64,000 nt of DNA, taken from an uncultured Candidatus Saccharibacteria bacterium (lineage in GTDB: Bacteria; Patescibacteriota; Dojkabacteria; SC72). Below, piece by piece: positions 10,450 to 19,912 of this stretch (the first letter of the stretch is position 1; each line of letters begins with the position of its first letter). The notes below the pieces were generated by a model. The model searched no databases, was not told where the DNA came from, and saw nothing but the letters and a program-made list of their open reading frames with translations. A program made the translations under genes and the position numbers. The stretch is taken from the NCBI GenBank assembly GCA_964403155.1, contig CAYOEG010000002.1, positions 74,296-138,295 of the forward strand. Direction: 5' to 3'.

Positions 10450-11196
10450 TTACTTTTTAATTGGTTCAAGATCTATTCCTGTCAAAGCATCTAAATCTTG
10501 CTGGATAGATGCTTGTTCAAATTCCACCATATGAGAAGATTCTTTTGCCGCATCAACCAATGATTGCACTTCCTGTCTAGTTGCTTGCCTTAACCTGAAG
10601 TAAGAACTGCTTTCATCTCCAAGAAGTACCTGCATCGAATGTGAAGGATCTACAGAACCAAGAGATAGCAACTCCCTATTATCAGCTAATTTTTTGTAGT
10701 ATGGAGATTCCGACATTGGGATAGAAGATGTTAGAGTGAGTGATTCATGTGCAGGCCTAAAAGTCTTTCCTTTGGGAAAAATCTCTTTTTGTAATCTATC
10801 TTCAGAATATTCGTAAGAACTAAGCTCCCCTTTTGGATAGCTGATCATGTCTAAAATTCTAGCCCCATATGGAGTAGAAATCAGATGTCTTTCAACTTTA
10901 TGCTCAATAGTTCCGTATTTTTCTGGATCAAGATTAGGTTCTTCATCAACAACAGGGGTCTTCATAATGACGAATTCCTCTCCAACTGATCCGAACTTGA
11001 GAGCTTCATTTGGGAATTTCTCAAGTAACTGTTTTTGTAATTCCATTGCAGCTTCAAGCCTTTGATTCTCTAAAGATTTTTCTTGTGTGTCTGTTTGTAT
11101 AGCTTGCTGAGTTACTGCGTCTGTTTGAACAGCCTGTTGAGTTACTGCGTCCGTTACTGTTCCTGTATTTTCCTCTACTTCTCCAAATTCGCTCAT
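10450..11196 (-). CDS. hypothetical protein with an N-terminal tandem repeat
   Basis: TDAVTQQA(V/I)QTD is repeated. It is encoded by two 30-bp tandem DNA units at 11091-11150. Confidence 0.35.
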   Translation of the reverse strand: MSEFGEVEENTGTVTDAVTQQAVQTDAVTQQAIQTDTQEKSLENQRLEAAMELQKQLLEKFPNEALKFGSVGEEFVIMKTPVVDEEPNLDPEKYGTIEHKVERHLISTPYGARILDMISYPKGELSSYEYSEDRLQKEIFPKGKTFRPAHESLTLTSSIPMSESPYYKKLADNRELLSLGSVDPSHSMQVLLGDESSSYFRLRQATRQEVQSLVDAAKESSHMVEFEQASIQQDLDALTGIDLEPIKK

Positions 11197-11265
11197 TGTT
11201 AGTAAAATAAAAAATTATTTCTTCATAAAAGATATCTTTATTCAAAAGCTATGTCAACTTAAGGA

Positions 11266-13551
11266 CTAAACCTGTCCAACCATTAATACTCCCTCAGCTA
11301 ATCCCAATTTTACTAATTCCTGCCATACAGCCTCAGTAACAAAAGGAACAAAAGGATGCATAATCTTTAAATTTTCTTTCAACAACCAAAGTAATTCAGA
11401 TAGTTTTGCAATACGAATATCACTACCAATAGGTTGATCCTTAACCTCACCCTTGATCTCTTCAATCCATTTGTCACATAATTCATGCCAGAAAAATTCT
11501 CTAATAGCTTCCGCTCCTAAGTTCAACTGATACCTCTCGAGGTATCCTTTAACCTTAGTAATATGCTCATTTGTTAACTTCATCCTCTCAGAATACATAG
11601 GTTGTAAATTCTTAATACCTTCAATCTCCTCATCCTCAATATTCATTAATATAAATCTACTCGCATTCCAAATCTTGTTAACGAAATTTCTATTCCCCTT
11701 TATCTTTTCCTCCCTTAGTGGAGCATTAGAACCAGGAAGAGCATCACTGTAGTACCAAAGTCTTAAAGCATCTGCGCCATATTTCTCAAATACCTCTTTT
11801 GGTTCAATACCATTCCCCTTAGACTTAGACATCTTGGAGCCATCGGAAGCTAAAATCATCCCCGTAAGCAAAACTGTGGAGTAGGGAACATGATCAGTTC
11901 TGTATAGACCAAACATAATCATACGAGCGGTCCACCAGAACAAAATATCTCTAGCATGTATCATCATCTGAGTAGGGTAGTATTTAGAATAGTCATCACC
12001 CTCCGGACCACCCAAAACAGAGTAAGGTATCTGACCCGAGCTAAACCATGTATCAAACACATCTGATTCAGCCTCCCATATTCCCTCTGCGGGGCAGACC
12101 TCGCCTACATATATTTCTCCGGACCCGTTCGCATCAACCTTAAACTCTTCCTCGAACTTAGTAATAAGGGCAGACCTAGGGCTGCCCCCATCAGAATTTT
12201 CTTCTAACCAATCATGCAACTTTTTACTACCAGAATACCAAACGGGAATTCTTTGTCCCCACCATAGTTGTCTTGAAATACACCATGGCTCAATATTCTC
12301 ATAGAAAAATTCCAAGGCTCTTTGTTGACCTTCTGGAACAACCTTAACTTCACCATTTTTCAAAGCTTCAAGGGCTCTCTTTGCTAACGGCTCTACATTC
12401 ACATACCATTGTTTAGAGATAACGGGCTCAACAGGAGTACCACATCTCTCACACACAGCCACCTCATGTTTAATATTTTCAATCTTCACTAACAAACCAG
12501 CTTCATCCAATTCCTTACATAATGCTTTAGAGCATTCTACTGTTCCCATACCCTTAAATCTCTCAGGAATATTACCCGTCATCTTTCCTTCCTCATCTAT
12601 TACATTCACAATATCCAATCCATGTGTTTTTCCAATCTTGAAATCAACAGGGGAATGGGCAGGTGTAACCTTCAAAGCACCGGTACCGGTTTCAATATCT
12701 ACCTCTGATTCTCCAATGATTGGAATCTCCCTATCAGCGATTGGAAGTAAAACCTTCTTGTCAATGAACTCTTTGTATCTCTCATCCTCTGGATTGACAG
12801 CCACGGCAGTATCACCCAACATAGTCTCTGGTCGAGTAGTAGCAACTGTAATACCTTCTACACCAAATTTCTTTTTTGCTAATTGCTTGTCTTCTTCATT
12901 AACAAAAGGATAGACAATATATGCAAATATACCTCTTTGCTCTTGATGATCCGTATCTATATCTGCCAATGCAGTTTTACAATTAGGACAGATATTTACA
13001 ATTCGTTTATCTCTGTAAACCATCTTGTCTGCATACATTTTGTAGAATGTCTCGTAAACAACCTTGGTTAATTTAGGATCAAGGGTAAAGAACTCTCGTG
13101 TGTAGTCTGCTGAAAGCCCAATATTTTTTTCTTGAGATCTAGCATTGTCAGCATTTTGCATACAGAATTCATAGCATCGTTTGTAAAATTCTTCTCTTCC
13201 CATTTCCCATTTATCCTCGCCATTATTTTGTAACACTTTTGTAAATGCACTTTCAGTTTGGATACCTGCATGGTCTTTTCCAGGCACAAGTAGAGTAGGA
13301 TGACCTGTCATTCTATTAAATCTTGCAAATGCATCATGGAATGAATAGCCACACATATGGCCCAGATGAAGATTACCATTCGCATTTGGAGGTGGAAGGG
13401 TTATTGTAAAAGATTTTTTTACATCCAGTCCTTTGTCTTTCAAATATTGTTCCACCTTTTCTGGCGTAGAGTAGCCCGAGGATTCCCAGAGTTTGTAAAT
13501 ATTGGGTTCGGATGTACTCGATTCATATGCTTTTGGTATATTACGCTCCAT
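11266..13551 (-). CDS. valS: valine--tRNA ligase (lacks the long C-terminal coiled coil)
   Basis: PPPNANGNLHLGHMCGY...PGKDHAGIQTE and KMSKSKGN. The editing domain is present. Confidence 0.85.
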   Translation of the reverse strand: MERNIPKAYESSTSEPNIYKLWESSGYSTPEKVEQYLKDKGLDVKKSFTITLPPPNANGNLHLGHMCGYSFHDAFARFNRMTGHPTLLVPGKDHAGIQTESAFTKVLQNNGEDKWEMGREEFYKRCYEFCMQNADNARSQEKNIGLSADYTREFFTLDPKLTKVVYETFYKMYADKMVYRDKRIVNICPNCKTALADIDTDHQEQRGIFAYIVYPFVNEEDKQLAKKKFGVEGITVATTRPETMLGDTAVAVNPEDERYKEFIDKKVLLPIADREIPIIGESEVDIETGTGALKVTPAHSPVDFKIGKTHGLDIVNVIDEEGKMTGNIPERFKGMGTVECSKALCKELDEAGLLVKIENIKHEVAVCERCGTPVEPVISKQWYVNVEPLAKRALEALKNGEVKVVPEGQQRALEFFYENIEPWCISRQLWWGQRIPVWYSGSKKLHDWLEENSDGGSPRSALITKFEEEFKVDANGSGEIYVGEVCPAEGIWEAESDVFDTWFSSGQIPYSVLGGPEGDDYSKYYPTQMMIHARDILFWWTARMIMFGLYRTDHVPYSTVLLTGMILASDGSKMSKSKGNGIEPKEVFEKYGADALRLWYYSDALPGSNAPLREEKIKGNRNFVNKIWNASRFILMNIEDEEIEGIKNLQPMYSERMKLTNEHITKVKGYLERYQLNLGAEAIREFFWHELCDKWIEEIKGEVKDQPIGSDIRIAKLSELLWLLKENLKIMHPFVPFVTEAVWQELVKLGLAEGVLMVGQV

Positions 13552-14032
13552 TTGTAGTATGTGTTTTCAAATTATTTTCTAACAATTTTGCAGTCTCACC
13601 AAGAGAATGTGCCACACCTCTATTTCCATTCTTTAATTCATACTCTTTTCGCTGATTAATATATGCCAAGGTCTTTTGCCCAAAACTAAAATCTTTAAGC
13701 TCACTCGCTATCTCCTTCCAACCCGAAATACTTTGAATTGTTACTACCAATGCTTTAAACTCTTGTTCTTCTCTAGCAAAAAAGAATAATTGATACATTT
13801 TCCCCTGTTCCTCAAGTGCTCCTCGTAAATCTTCATCTTCTTTAGATTCTCTTTCATCATTAACAAGATAGTGTGTAAGCGAAATAGGTGAGAATGCCAT
13901 ACCCAAGGTAATTTCGCTTTCATATAGCTCTTTAATAGCATTATCTGATGGAAAGAACTTTGATTGGAAAACTCCTTCGAGCGGTTCTTCTCGTGTTTCT
14001 TCATCTTTTACTGTAGATATCAAATCTGACAT
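13541..14032 (-). CDS. hypothetical acidic protein, first gene of the T-box-controlled operon with valS
   Basis: ORF overlapping the valS start. Its start was set at Met16 (14032) because an intrinsic terminator occupies 14046-14099. Confidence 0.35.
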   Translation of the reverse strand: MSDLISTVKDEETREEPLEGVFQSKFFPSDNAIKELYESEITLGMAFSPISLTHYLVNDERESKEDEDLRGALEEQGKMYQLFFFAREEQEFKALVVTIQSISGWKEIASELKDFSFGQKTLAYINQRKEYELKNGNRGVAHSLGETAKLLENNLKTHTTNGA

Positions 14033-14045
14033 AGATAAAGTATAT

Positions 14046-14099
14046 AAAATAAAAAAGCCCTTACACCAGAATACCATATTGATACTCTAATGTAAGGGC
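14046..14099 (-). terminator. Rho-independent terminator of the T-box leader
   Basis: On the minus strand: GCCCUUACA, a 25-nt loop, UGUAAGGGC, then UUUUUUAUUUU. Confidence 0.6.
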
Positions 14100-14252
14100 G
14101 AATCCACGCGTTACCACCTTACTTCTTTAAGATATCACTATCTTAAACTCACACCCTAACATAGGGTAGGGGTTCTAATCTTCATATATATGAATTTCTT
14201 CCCAAGCCTCCAAGGTGACTAATCTTGTACTAACGGTTTCCATATTATATCA
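14046..14252 (-). promoter_or_regulatory. T-box riboswitch leader with promoter, upstream of hypothetical gene plus valS
   Basis: There is an extended -10 box (TGATATAAT on the minus strand, 14244-14252). The T-box core AAGGUGGUAACGCG sits at 14104-14120. The antiterminator is UAAGG[UGGUAAC]GCG-UGGAUU-CGC-CCUUA, which is mutually exclusive with the terminator. GUU and GUC valine codons are present in the putative Stem I. Confidence 0.65.
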
Positions 14253-14262
14253 CACCCATATC

Positions 14263-14271
14263 TGATATAAT
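14263..14271 (+). promoter_or_regulatory. extended -10 promoter (TGATATAAT) for rnj, making a leaderless or near-leaderless mRNA
   Basis: The TGnTATAAT box ends 9 nt before the rnj ATG. Confidence 0.4.
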
Positions 14272-14280
14272 GTCCACATT

Positions 14281-15966
14281 ATGATGTTTACAAACAAAAA
14301 AGAATTATTAAAGCTATGCACATTATCAGGAACTACAGAGATTGGAAGAAATTGTAATTTTGTAGAATATTCAGATGAAATAGTAATGATAGATGCAGGG
14401 TATTCATTCCCTGGGCAAGAGATGTACGGTATCGACTACCTGATTCCCAATACTAGCTATTTACAAAAGAACAAAACAAAAATTAAAGCGATACTAATAA
14501 CTCATGGTCACTTAGATCATATCGGTGCACTGAAATGGGTATTACCCGAATTAGACTATCCTCCAATATATGCAGGTGGTTTTGCAAAAGCCCTAATAGA
14601 AGAGAAAATGCGTGAATATGGGATGTTAAGCAAGGTAAAGATATATGGCGTAGATAGAAAATCGACCATAAAAATTGGAAGATATTTCAGAGCTACATTT
14701 GTAGGTATCAATCACAGTATTCCGGATGCATTCTCAATTTTCTTAGAAAGTCCAAATGGCAACGTATTCTTCTCTGGGGATTACAAAATTGACATGACTC
14801 CAGCAAATGAACCTCAAACTGATTACGATACTTTAAGAAAATTAAGAGGGCATATCGACCTAGCATTGATGGAAAGCACTAATGCCACCAATCCTGGAAA
14901 AGCCCCTTCTGAGAAGCAGATTTTTGAAAATCTTGCAGATCTCATCAAACAACAAAAGGGGAGAGTTATCGTCGCAGCATTCTCATCATTAATAACTCGA
15001 CTATACTCTCTAATCGAAGTAGCAAAGATGACAAACAGAAAGATCGTACTTTCTGGAAGAAGTCTTGAGCAATCTTTAGATATTGCAAGAAAGAAGCACT
15101 ACATAAATATCGATGACAAGATGATTGTCAAAGAGAGGGATATAAATAAGTATGCAGATAATGAGTTACTTTTACTTTGTACTGGAAGCCAAGGGGAAAG
15201 ATTTGCAGCACTAAATAGAATCTCACTTAATGAGCACAAGTTCATTAAGATTAAAAAGGGAGACTTGGTAATTATGTCCTCTTCAGAAATCCCAGAGAAT
15301 ATTAGTAGCATCGAGAGAATGACAGATAGAATAATCGCTCTCGGGGGCGACCTAATCAAAGACACTATTGATCTCAAGATCCATTCAACAGGGCACGGTA
15401 ATCAGGAAGATATGAAGATGATGCATGAAATGATACAACCAAGAGCAGTCATGCCAATCCATGGGCCATTGACCTTTAGATATTTCAATAAACAAAATTT
15501 CTTAAAGTGGGGAATGAGAGATGAAGACATATTCCTTACTGATGACGGTCAAACATGGCTCTTCAACGGACATTCTTGGAAGAGGGGAAAGAAGATTGAA
15601 TCTAAGCCGATATTAATAGATGGTTTAGGAGTAGGTGACACTGGCGACATAGTTCTTAAAGACAGAAAACAACTATCCGAGTTCGGAATGTTTGTAGTTG
15701 TCTTGAATATGAATATTAAGAACAAACGAATAATTGGAAGACCAAGATTTGTTTCTAGGGGATTTGTCTACATGAAGGGTTCTCAGGAACTTCTCAAGGA
15801 AATTGAGAATCAGATATTTGATATTCATAGAAGCTGGCTTTCACAATCTAACAGTACTAAACAATACAAGATTGAAAACCTCAGAGAGACAATAGAAAAG
15901 GATCTAAGCAAACTCATTTACAAGAAAACTGAGAGAGAACCGATTATACTTACTGTCATTATATAA
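14281..15966 (+). CDS. rnj: ribonuclease J (metallo-beta-lactamase/beta-CASP)
   Basis: HxHxDH motif (ITHGHLDHIGAL), RNase J N-terminal signature (VMIDAGYSFP), and a beta-CASP region. Confidence 0.85.
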   Translation: MMFTNKKELLKLCTLSGTTEIGRNCNFVEYSDEIVMIDAGYSFPGQEMYGIDYLIPNTSYLQKNKTKIKAILITHGHLDHIGALKWVLPELDYPPIYAGGFAKALIEEKMREYGMLSKVKIYGVDRKSTIKIGRYFRATFVGINHSIPDAFSIFLESPNGNVFFSGDYKIDMTPANEPQTDYDTLRKLRGHIDLALMESTNATNPGKAPSEKQIFENLADLIKQQKGRVIVAAFSSLITRLYSLIEVAKMTNRKIVLSGRSLEQSLDIARKKHYINIDDKMIVKERDINKYADNELLLLCTGSQGERFAALNRISLNEHKFIKIKKGDLVIMSSSEIPENISSIERMTDRIIALGGDLIKDTIDLKIHSTGHGNQEDMKMMHEMIQPRAVMPIHGPLTFRYFNKQNFLKWGMRDEDIFLTDDGQTWLFNGHSWKRGKKIESKPILIDGLGVGDTGDIVLKDRKQLSEFGMFVVVLNMNIKNKRIIGRPRFVSRGFVYMKGSQELLKEIENQIFDIHRSWLSQSNSTKQYKIENLRETIEKDLSKLIYKKTEREPIILTVII

Positions 15967-15992
15967 TCCTCCAAATGTGATATACTTTTCGT

Positions 15993-17246
15993 ATGCTAAA
16001 CTTGCCTTTTCTGAGACACCTCTCGGATAACAATTCGTTAATAGATACAAATAAGAATGTAATAGCATTAGATATCGGTACAGAGAAGTTAAAAAGCATA
16101 CTTTTCTCTATGGATTCTACGGGTATCAACATTAAAAAGATCTCTCGAATAGACCAGCAACAAAATGCTATGAAGAGTGGAATCATTACCAACCTTGATA
16201 CAGTATTGGAGAACTGTCGACTTTCAATCGCAGAGCTTACCAATCGTCTCCCAGATGAAGAATTGCCACAATATGTAGTCATGGGTATTGCGGGAGAGTA
16301 CATACAGGGTGTCTCCATTGTCATCAACTACCAGAGGGAAGAGAATTTCGATACAGAGGTAACACAAAAAGAGCAGAATAATATCATTAAACAAATTAAA
16401 GAGAAAATCGAGGTAAATGGGAAACAAGATTTAAGTCAAAGAACTGGGCTACACAGTGAGGATATCGAAATCTTGCATATTACCAAGACAGGCTTGGAAA
16501 TAGGGGGAATGCCTGTGGATTCACTAGTTGGATACAAAGGAAGAGATGTAAAATTGAATTTCTACGCTTCCTTCGCACCCAAAACATATGTTGAGGCACT
16601 CAGAAAAGTTGCCCAAGAGCTTCATCTTGGAATCCTAGGGATTGTATCCCAACCATTTGCAGTAGCAAGATCTTTTAACGGATCTTCGAGCAAAGATTTC
16701 TCTGCAATATTCATAGATATCGGAGGTGGAACTTCTGACATCGCTGTGGTAGACAGGGGAAATATTGTTGAGACAAAGATGTTTGCATTTGGAGGAAGAA
16801 CATTCACAAAGGAATTAACAAATGTTCTTTCCCTAGATTACAGACACGCAGAGCAGAGGAAGATAAAATATTCCGAAAAAGATTTGAATAAGGACTTGGC
16901 ACGGGAGGTACAAAAAATTATGTATCCTGTCGCCAAACTTTGGATGAAAACACTGAAAACAGCATTTTACAGCTGTGATGATGTTGATACATTCCCTGGT
17001 CAGATATATCTTTGTGGAGGTGGAGCATTACTTCCTGAAATCAAAGAGGTCATGCTTGAGTTCCCTTGGAAGAAATTCCTTCCTTTCCCTGTAGTACCAA
17101 GAATCGAATACTTTACACCTCAGAAGTTAGACAATATCATAGATCATAGTGGAGACCTAAAATACATTTTTGATGTAACACCTGCTGCACTTGCTAAATT
17201 TGCGTATGATAACGAGATAAATAAATCGAAAAATATAGCAATATAA
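15993..17246 (+). CDS. actin-like ATPase of the FtsA/PilM family
   Basis: Phosphate-1 motif ALDIGTEKLKS and phosphate-2 motif FIDIGGGTSDIAVV. At 417 aa its length is FtsA-like. Confidence 0.5.
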   Translation: MLNLPFLRHLSDNNSLIDTNKNVIALDIGTEKLKSILFSMDSTGINIKKISRIDQQQNAMKSGIITNLDTVLENCRLSIAELTNRLPDEELPQYVVMGIAGEYIQGVSIVINYQREENFDTEVTQKEQNNIIKQIKEKIEVNGKQDLSQRTGLHSEDIEILHITKTGLEIGGMPVDSLVGYKGRDVKLNFYASFAPKTYVEALRKVAQELHLGILGIVSQPFAVARSFNGSSSKDFSAIFIDIGGGTSDIAVVDRGNIVETKMFAFGGRTFTKELTNVLSLDYRHAEQRKIKYSEKDLNKDLAREVQKIMYPVAKLWMKTLKTAFYSCDDVDTFPGQIYLCGGGALLPEIKEVMLEFPWKKFLPFPVVPRIEYFTPQKLDNIIDHSGDLKYIFDVTPAALAKFAYDNEINKSKNIAI

Positions 17247-19102
17247 TGGAAGAAAACAACAAGATTACCAAGATAGTAGTGAATTCTGAAGACGAGCTGA
17301 CAGATATCGTTAGTGGAATACAGAGTGCAAAGACAGAAAAAGTCATACTCACCTTTGCGGAAGAATCAGATATCCTCATTAGTCCTATCAATCTCGCTGT
17401 TATAAAAGAAACTGCAGATGAGGTAGAGAAGGTCTTAGTATGCCAAATTATCAAAAATCCTACAGGATTAAGAAATTCAAAAATGGCAGGTATCATAACA
17501 ATAGATACCCCAAATAACCCAACTGAAGATACATGGGCAGAAGCAAAAAAAGTGGAAGAGCCAATTACAGAAGCTGTTAAAGAAATTCCCGAACATCCAG
17601 TGGAGAAAAAAGATTTTAATACTGAGAATCCCAATAATTCAACAGATTTCGAGAAACGAATCAATCAAGCCATCTTGAAAAATAAAAGCGAGATGGAAAA
17701 AAGAAAAGAAAATAAGACGATAAACCAAGATGGTTTAGTCATATCACTTGATGAAGATTTGCCTACTATGAATGAAGAGACCACTTTAAAACCGGATCTT
17801 TCAAAGATTGATTTTCAAAATACTCATGAAAGAAAGAGTCCCTTTGCATTTAAGATACCAAAATTACAACTTCCCTCTTTCTTAAAAAGGAAAAATCCCA
17901 GACAAGAGATACCAAGCAATGCGCCAGTATTAATAAAGAAGATGCGTAGATATTGGCCAATCTATCTCATTTCTCTCGTTTTAGTGATAATCCTCGTGGG
18001 GGTAATATATTACACAACGGTTCCATTTGTAAAAGTAAGAATATTTGTAAAGGCACAAGAGGTTAGTATTGAAAAGACTTTCGTAGGAGATACAAATATC
18101 AAAGAGATTGATTTTGAGAATTACAAAATACCAGTAAAGACAGAATCTATTGAGGAATCTAGATCAACAACTGTAACTGCAACAGGGAAAGCATACAAAG
18201 GAGAAAAGGCTACTGGAAATATTACCCTTACACATCCAGGTCCTACAGAATCTTGTACTAAGCTTGCGCTTTCGGCAGGACAAGTTGTCATATCTTCCGA
18301 TGGAAAAACATATTCATTAGATAGTGCTACAGATTTAGAATGCAATAGCTATGTGACAGTTGCCGTACATGCAACGGATATAGGGGAGGAGTACAATACC
18401 TCAAGTACATATTTCACTGTTCAGAATTTCTCTAGTAGCGAGGCATTTGGTTACAGGTCTGGTACTTTTTCTGGTGGTTCAAAAGAGGAATATACTGTGC
18501 TTTCTCTTTCTGATGTAAATACTGCAGCCGAAGAATTAAAGAAATCAACAACGGAAGAGGCAGAACAGAAGTTAAGGGCAAAAGATGGGGAATGGAAACT
18601 CATTACAGACAGTATTAAGAGTGAGGTCAAAAAAGATAGTCAGAAAACTGATGTTGCGATAGGGGCAGCGGCGACTCAGGCCAATCTTTCGCTAACTGTT
18701 ACAAGTATAGGTACTTTCTACTACAACCAAGGGTTTGATGATGGGGTGGCTACTTTGTTGACTACAGAGGCTCAATCAAAAAATCTCTTTGAAAGTACAA
18801 GTAACCTTGAATTGACACTTGGGGATGAGATTGAGAAAGAGGTGACTGTAGTTCAAAGTACTGCAGATTCTTTCTCCATAAAGCTTGTTGCTCAGGGTTC
18901 TGTTCAACCGAAGATAGATAAGGAGCAGTTTGTTAATACTTTGAAACAGATGAAGTGGAAGGAAGGATCTGAATATCTTGATTCCATAAAATATTCCGAC
19001 AAGAATACTCTCTATGAGTTTAATCCCGTTAATTTCCCGAAGTTCCTCTATCACTTCCCAAGTAGGCAGGGTGGTATCATGATTGATGTGGTAGATATAT
19101 AA
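17246..19102 (+). CDS. hypothetical bitopic membrane protein, translationally coupled (TAATG) to the FtsA/PilM-like gene
   Basis: A cytoplasmic N-terminal portion of about 230 aa, one TM helix (YWPIYLISLVLVIILVGVIYY), and a large extracytoplasmic C-terminal domain. Confidence 0.4.
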   Translation: MEENNKITKIVVNSEDELTDIVSGIQSAKTEKVILTFAEESDILISPINLAVIKETADEVEKVLVCQIIKNPTGLRNSKMAGIITIDTPNNPTEDTWAEAKKVEEPITEAVKEIPEHPVEKKDFNTENPNNSTDFEKRINQAILKNKSEMEKRKENKTINQDGLVISLDEDLPTMNEETTLKPDLSKIDFQNTHERKSPFAFKIPKLQLPSFLKRKNPRQEIPSNAPVLIKKMRRYWPIYLISLVLVIILVGVIYYTTVPFVKVRIFVKAQEVSIEKTFVGDTNIKEIDFENYKIPVKTESIEESRSTTVTATGKAYKGEKATGNITLTHPGPTESCTKLALSAGQVVISSDGKTYSLDSATDLECNSYVTVAVHATDIGEEYNTSSTYFTVQNFSSSEAFGYRSGTFSGGSKEEYTVLSLSDVNTAAEELKKSTTEEAEQKLRAKDGEWKLITDSIKSEVKKDSQKTDVAIGAAATQANLSLTVTSIGTFYYNQGFDDGVATLLTTEAQSKNLFESTSNLELTLGDEIEKEVTVVQSTADSFSIKLVAQGSVQPKIDKEQFVNTLKQMKWKEGSEYLDSIKYSDKNTLYEFNPVNFPKFLYHFPSRQGGIMIDVVDI

Positions 19103-19139
19103 AAACAGGGTTCTTTGTGATAAAATACCCCAAGAATAT

Positions 19140-19216
19140 GTACCTGTAGCTCAATTGGATAGAGCAATTGCCTTCTAAGCAGTAGGTCGTCGGTTCGAAT
19201 CCGGCCAGGTACGCCA
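19140..19216 (+). tRNA. tRNA-Arg (anticodon UCU)
   Basis: Hand-folded cloverleaf. The acceptor stem is GTACCTG/CAGGTAC, the anticodon loop is CTTCTAA, the T-loop is TTCGAAT, and CCA is encoded. Confidence 0.8.
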
Positions 19217-19227
19217 TGTTGTTTCTA

Positions 19228-19314
19228 GGAGAGATGCCTGAGTGGCCGAAAGGAAACGCTTGGAAAGCGTTCGTACGAGTAATCGTACCATGGGTTCGAA
19301 TCCCATTCTCTCCG
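19228..19314 (+). tRNA. tRNA-Ser (anticodon GGA), type II
   Basis: The acceptor stem is GGAGAGA/TCTCTCC, the anticodon loop is TTGGAAA, it has a long variable arm, and the T-loop is TTCGAAT. Confidence 0.8.
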
Positions 19315-19330
19315 TATTAAAACATCCTTG

Positions 19331-19906
19331 TTACTTTTTCTGAAAAACACCACATGTCACTAATGGCATAGGACGCATTTCTGGATGGGAAATAAACGGT
19401 TCTCTATAATGAGAGCATTCTATTTGCTCACATGACAACACTTTGAAATTTGGAGACATAATAGATATTAATTCTTTTGCCGTAGGCCTGAGACCATTGT
19501 CTATCGGAGATTCGTGATATTCAATATTGTAGGGCACAGTTACAACACAATACCCGTCATCCATTAAAATCTCGTGCATATTCTCCAACAATATGCTTAT
19601 CCTCTCGAGTTCAACATGCTCTAATAAATTACATATCAACAGCAAGCCACAAGTCTTCGGCCTGATGCTATGTAGACAATTTCTATCTGTAACATCGCAT
19701 ACTATATTGACCCCAGCGCTTTCATAAAAATCAACTGATGAGATTTTTATATTCGTCAATGCCTCAATTTTTTTATACATATGATTTATATATGGCTGTT
19801 TCTTCGTTCTGTAGAAAATATTGCTAGAACCGATATCTAAAATCGAACTACATGGATTTAATAAAGATACTTTTTCTAAAATCCAATTAGATTCTTCTAA
19901 AAACAT
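19331..19906 (-). CDS. putative SAM-dependent methyltransferase
   Basis: A motif-I-like ILDIGSSN sequence near the N-terminus. Otherwise weak. Confidence 0.35.
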   Translation of the reverse strand: MFLEESNWILEKVSLLNPCSSILDIGSSNIFYRTKKQPYINHMYKKIEALTNIKISSVDFYESAGVNIVCDVTDRNCLHSIRPKTCGLLLICNLLEHVELERISILLENMHEILMDDGYCVVTVPYNIEYHESPIDNGLRPTAKELISIMSPNFKVLSCEQIECSHYREPFISHPEMRPMPLVTCGVFQKK

Positions 19907-19912
19907 AATTAG

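Noticed and set aside
14058-14077. The original N-terminus of the 13541-14077 ORF.
   Set aside because: The first 15 codons would be encoded by the T-box terminator hairpin and U-run. The start was moved to Met16.
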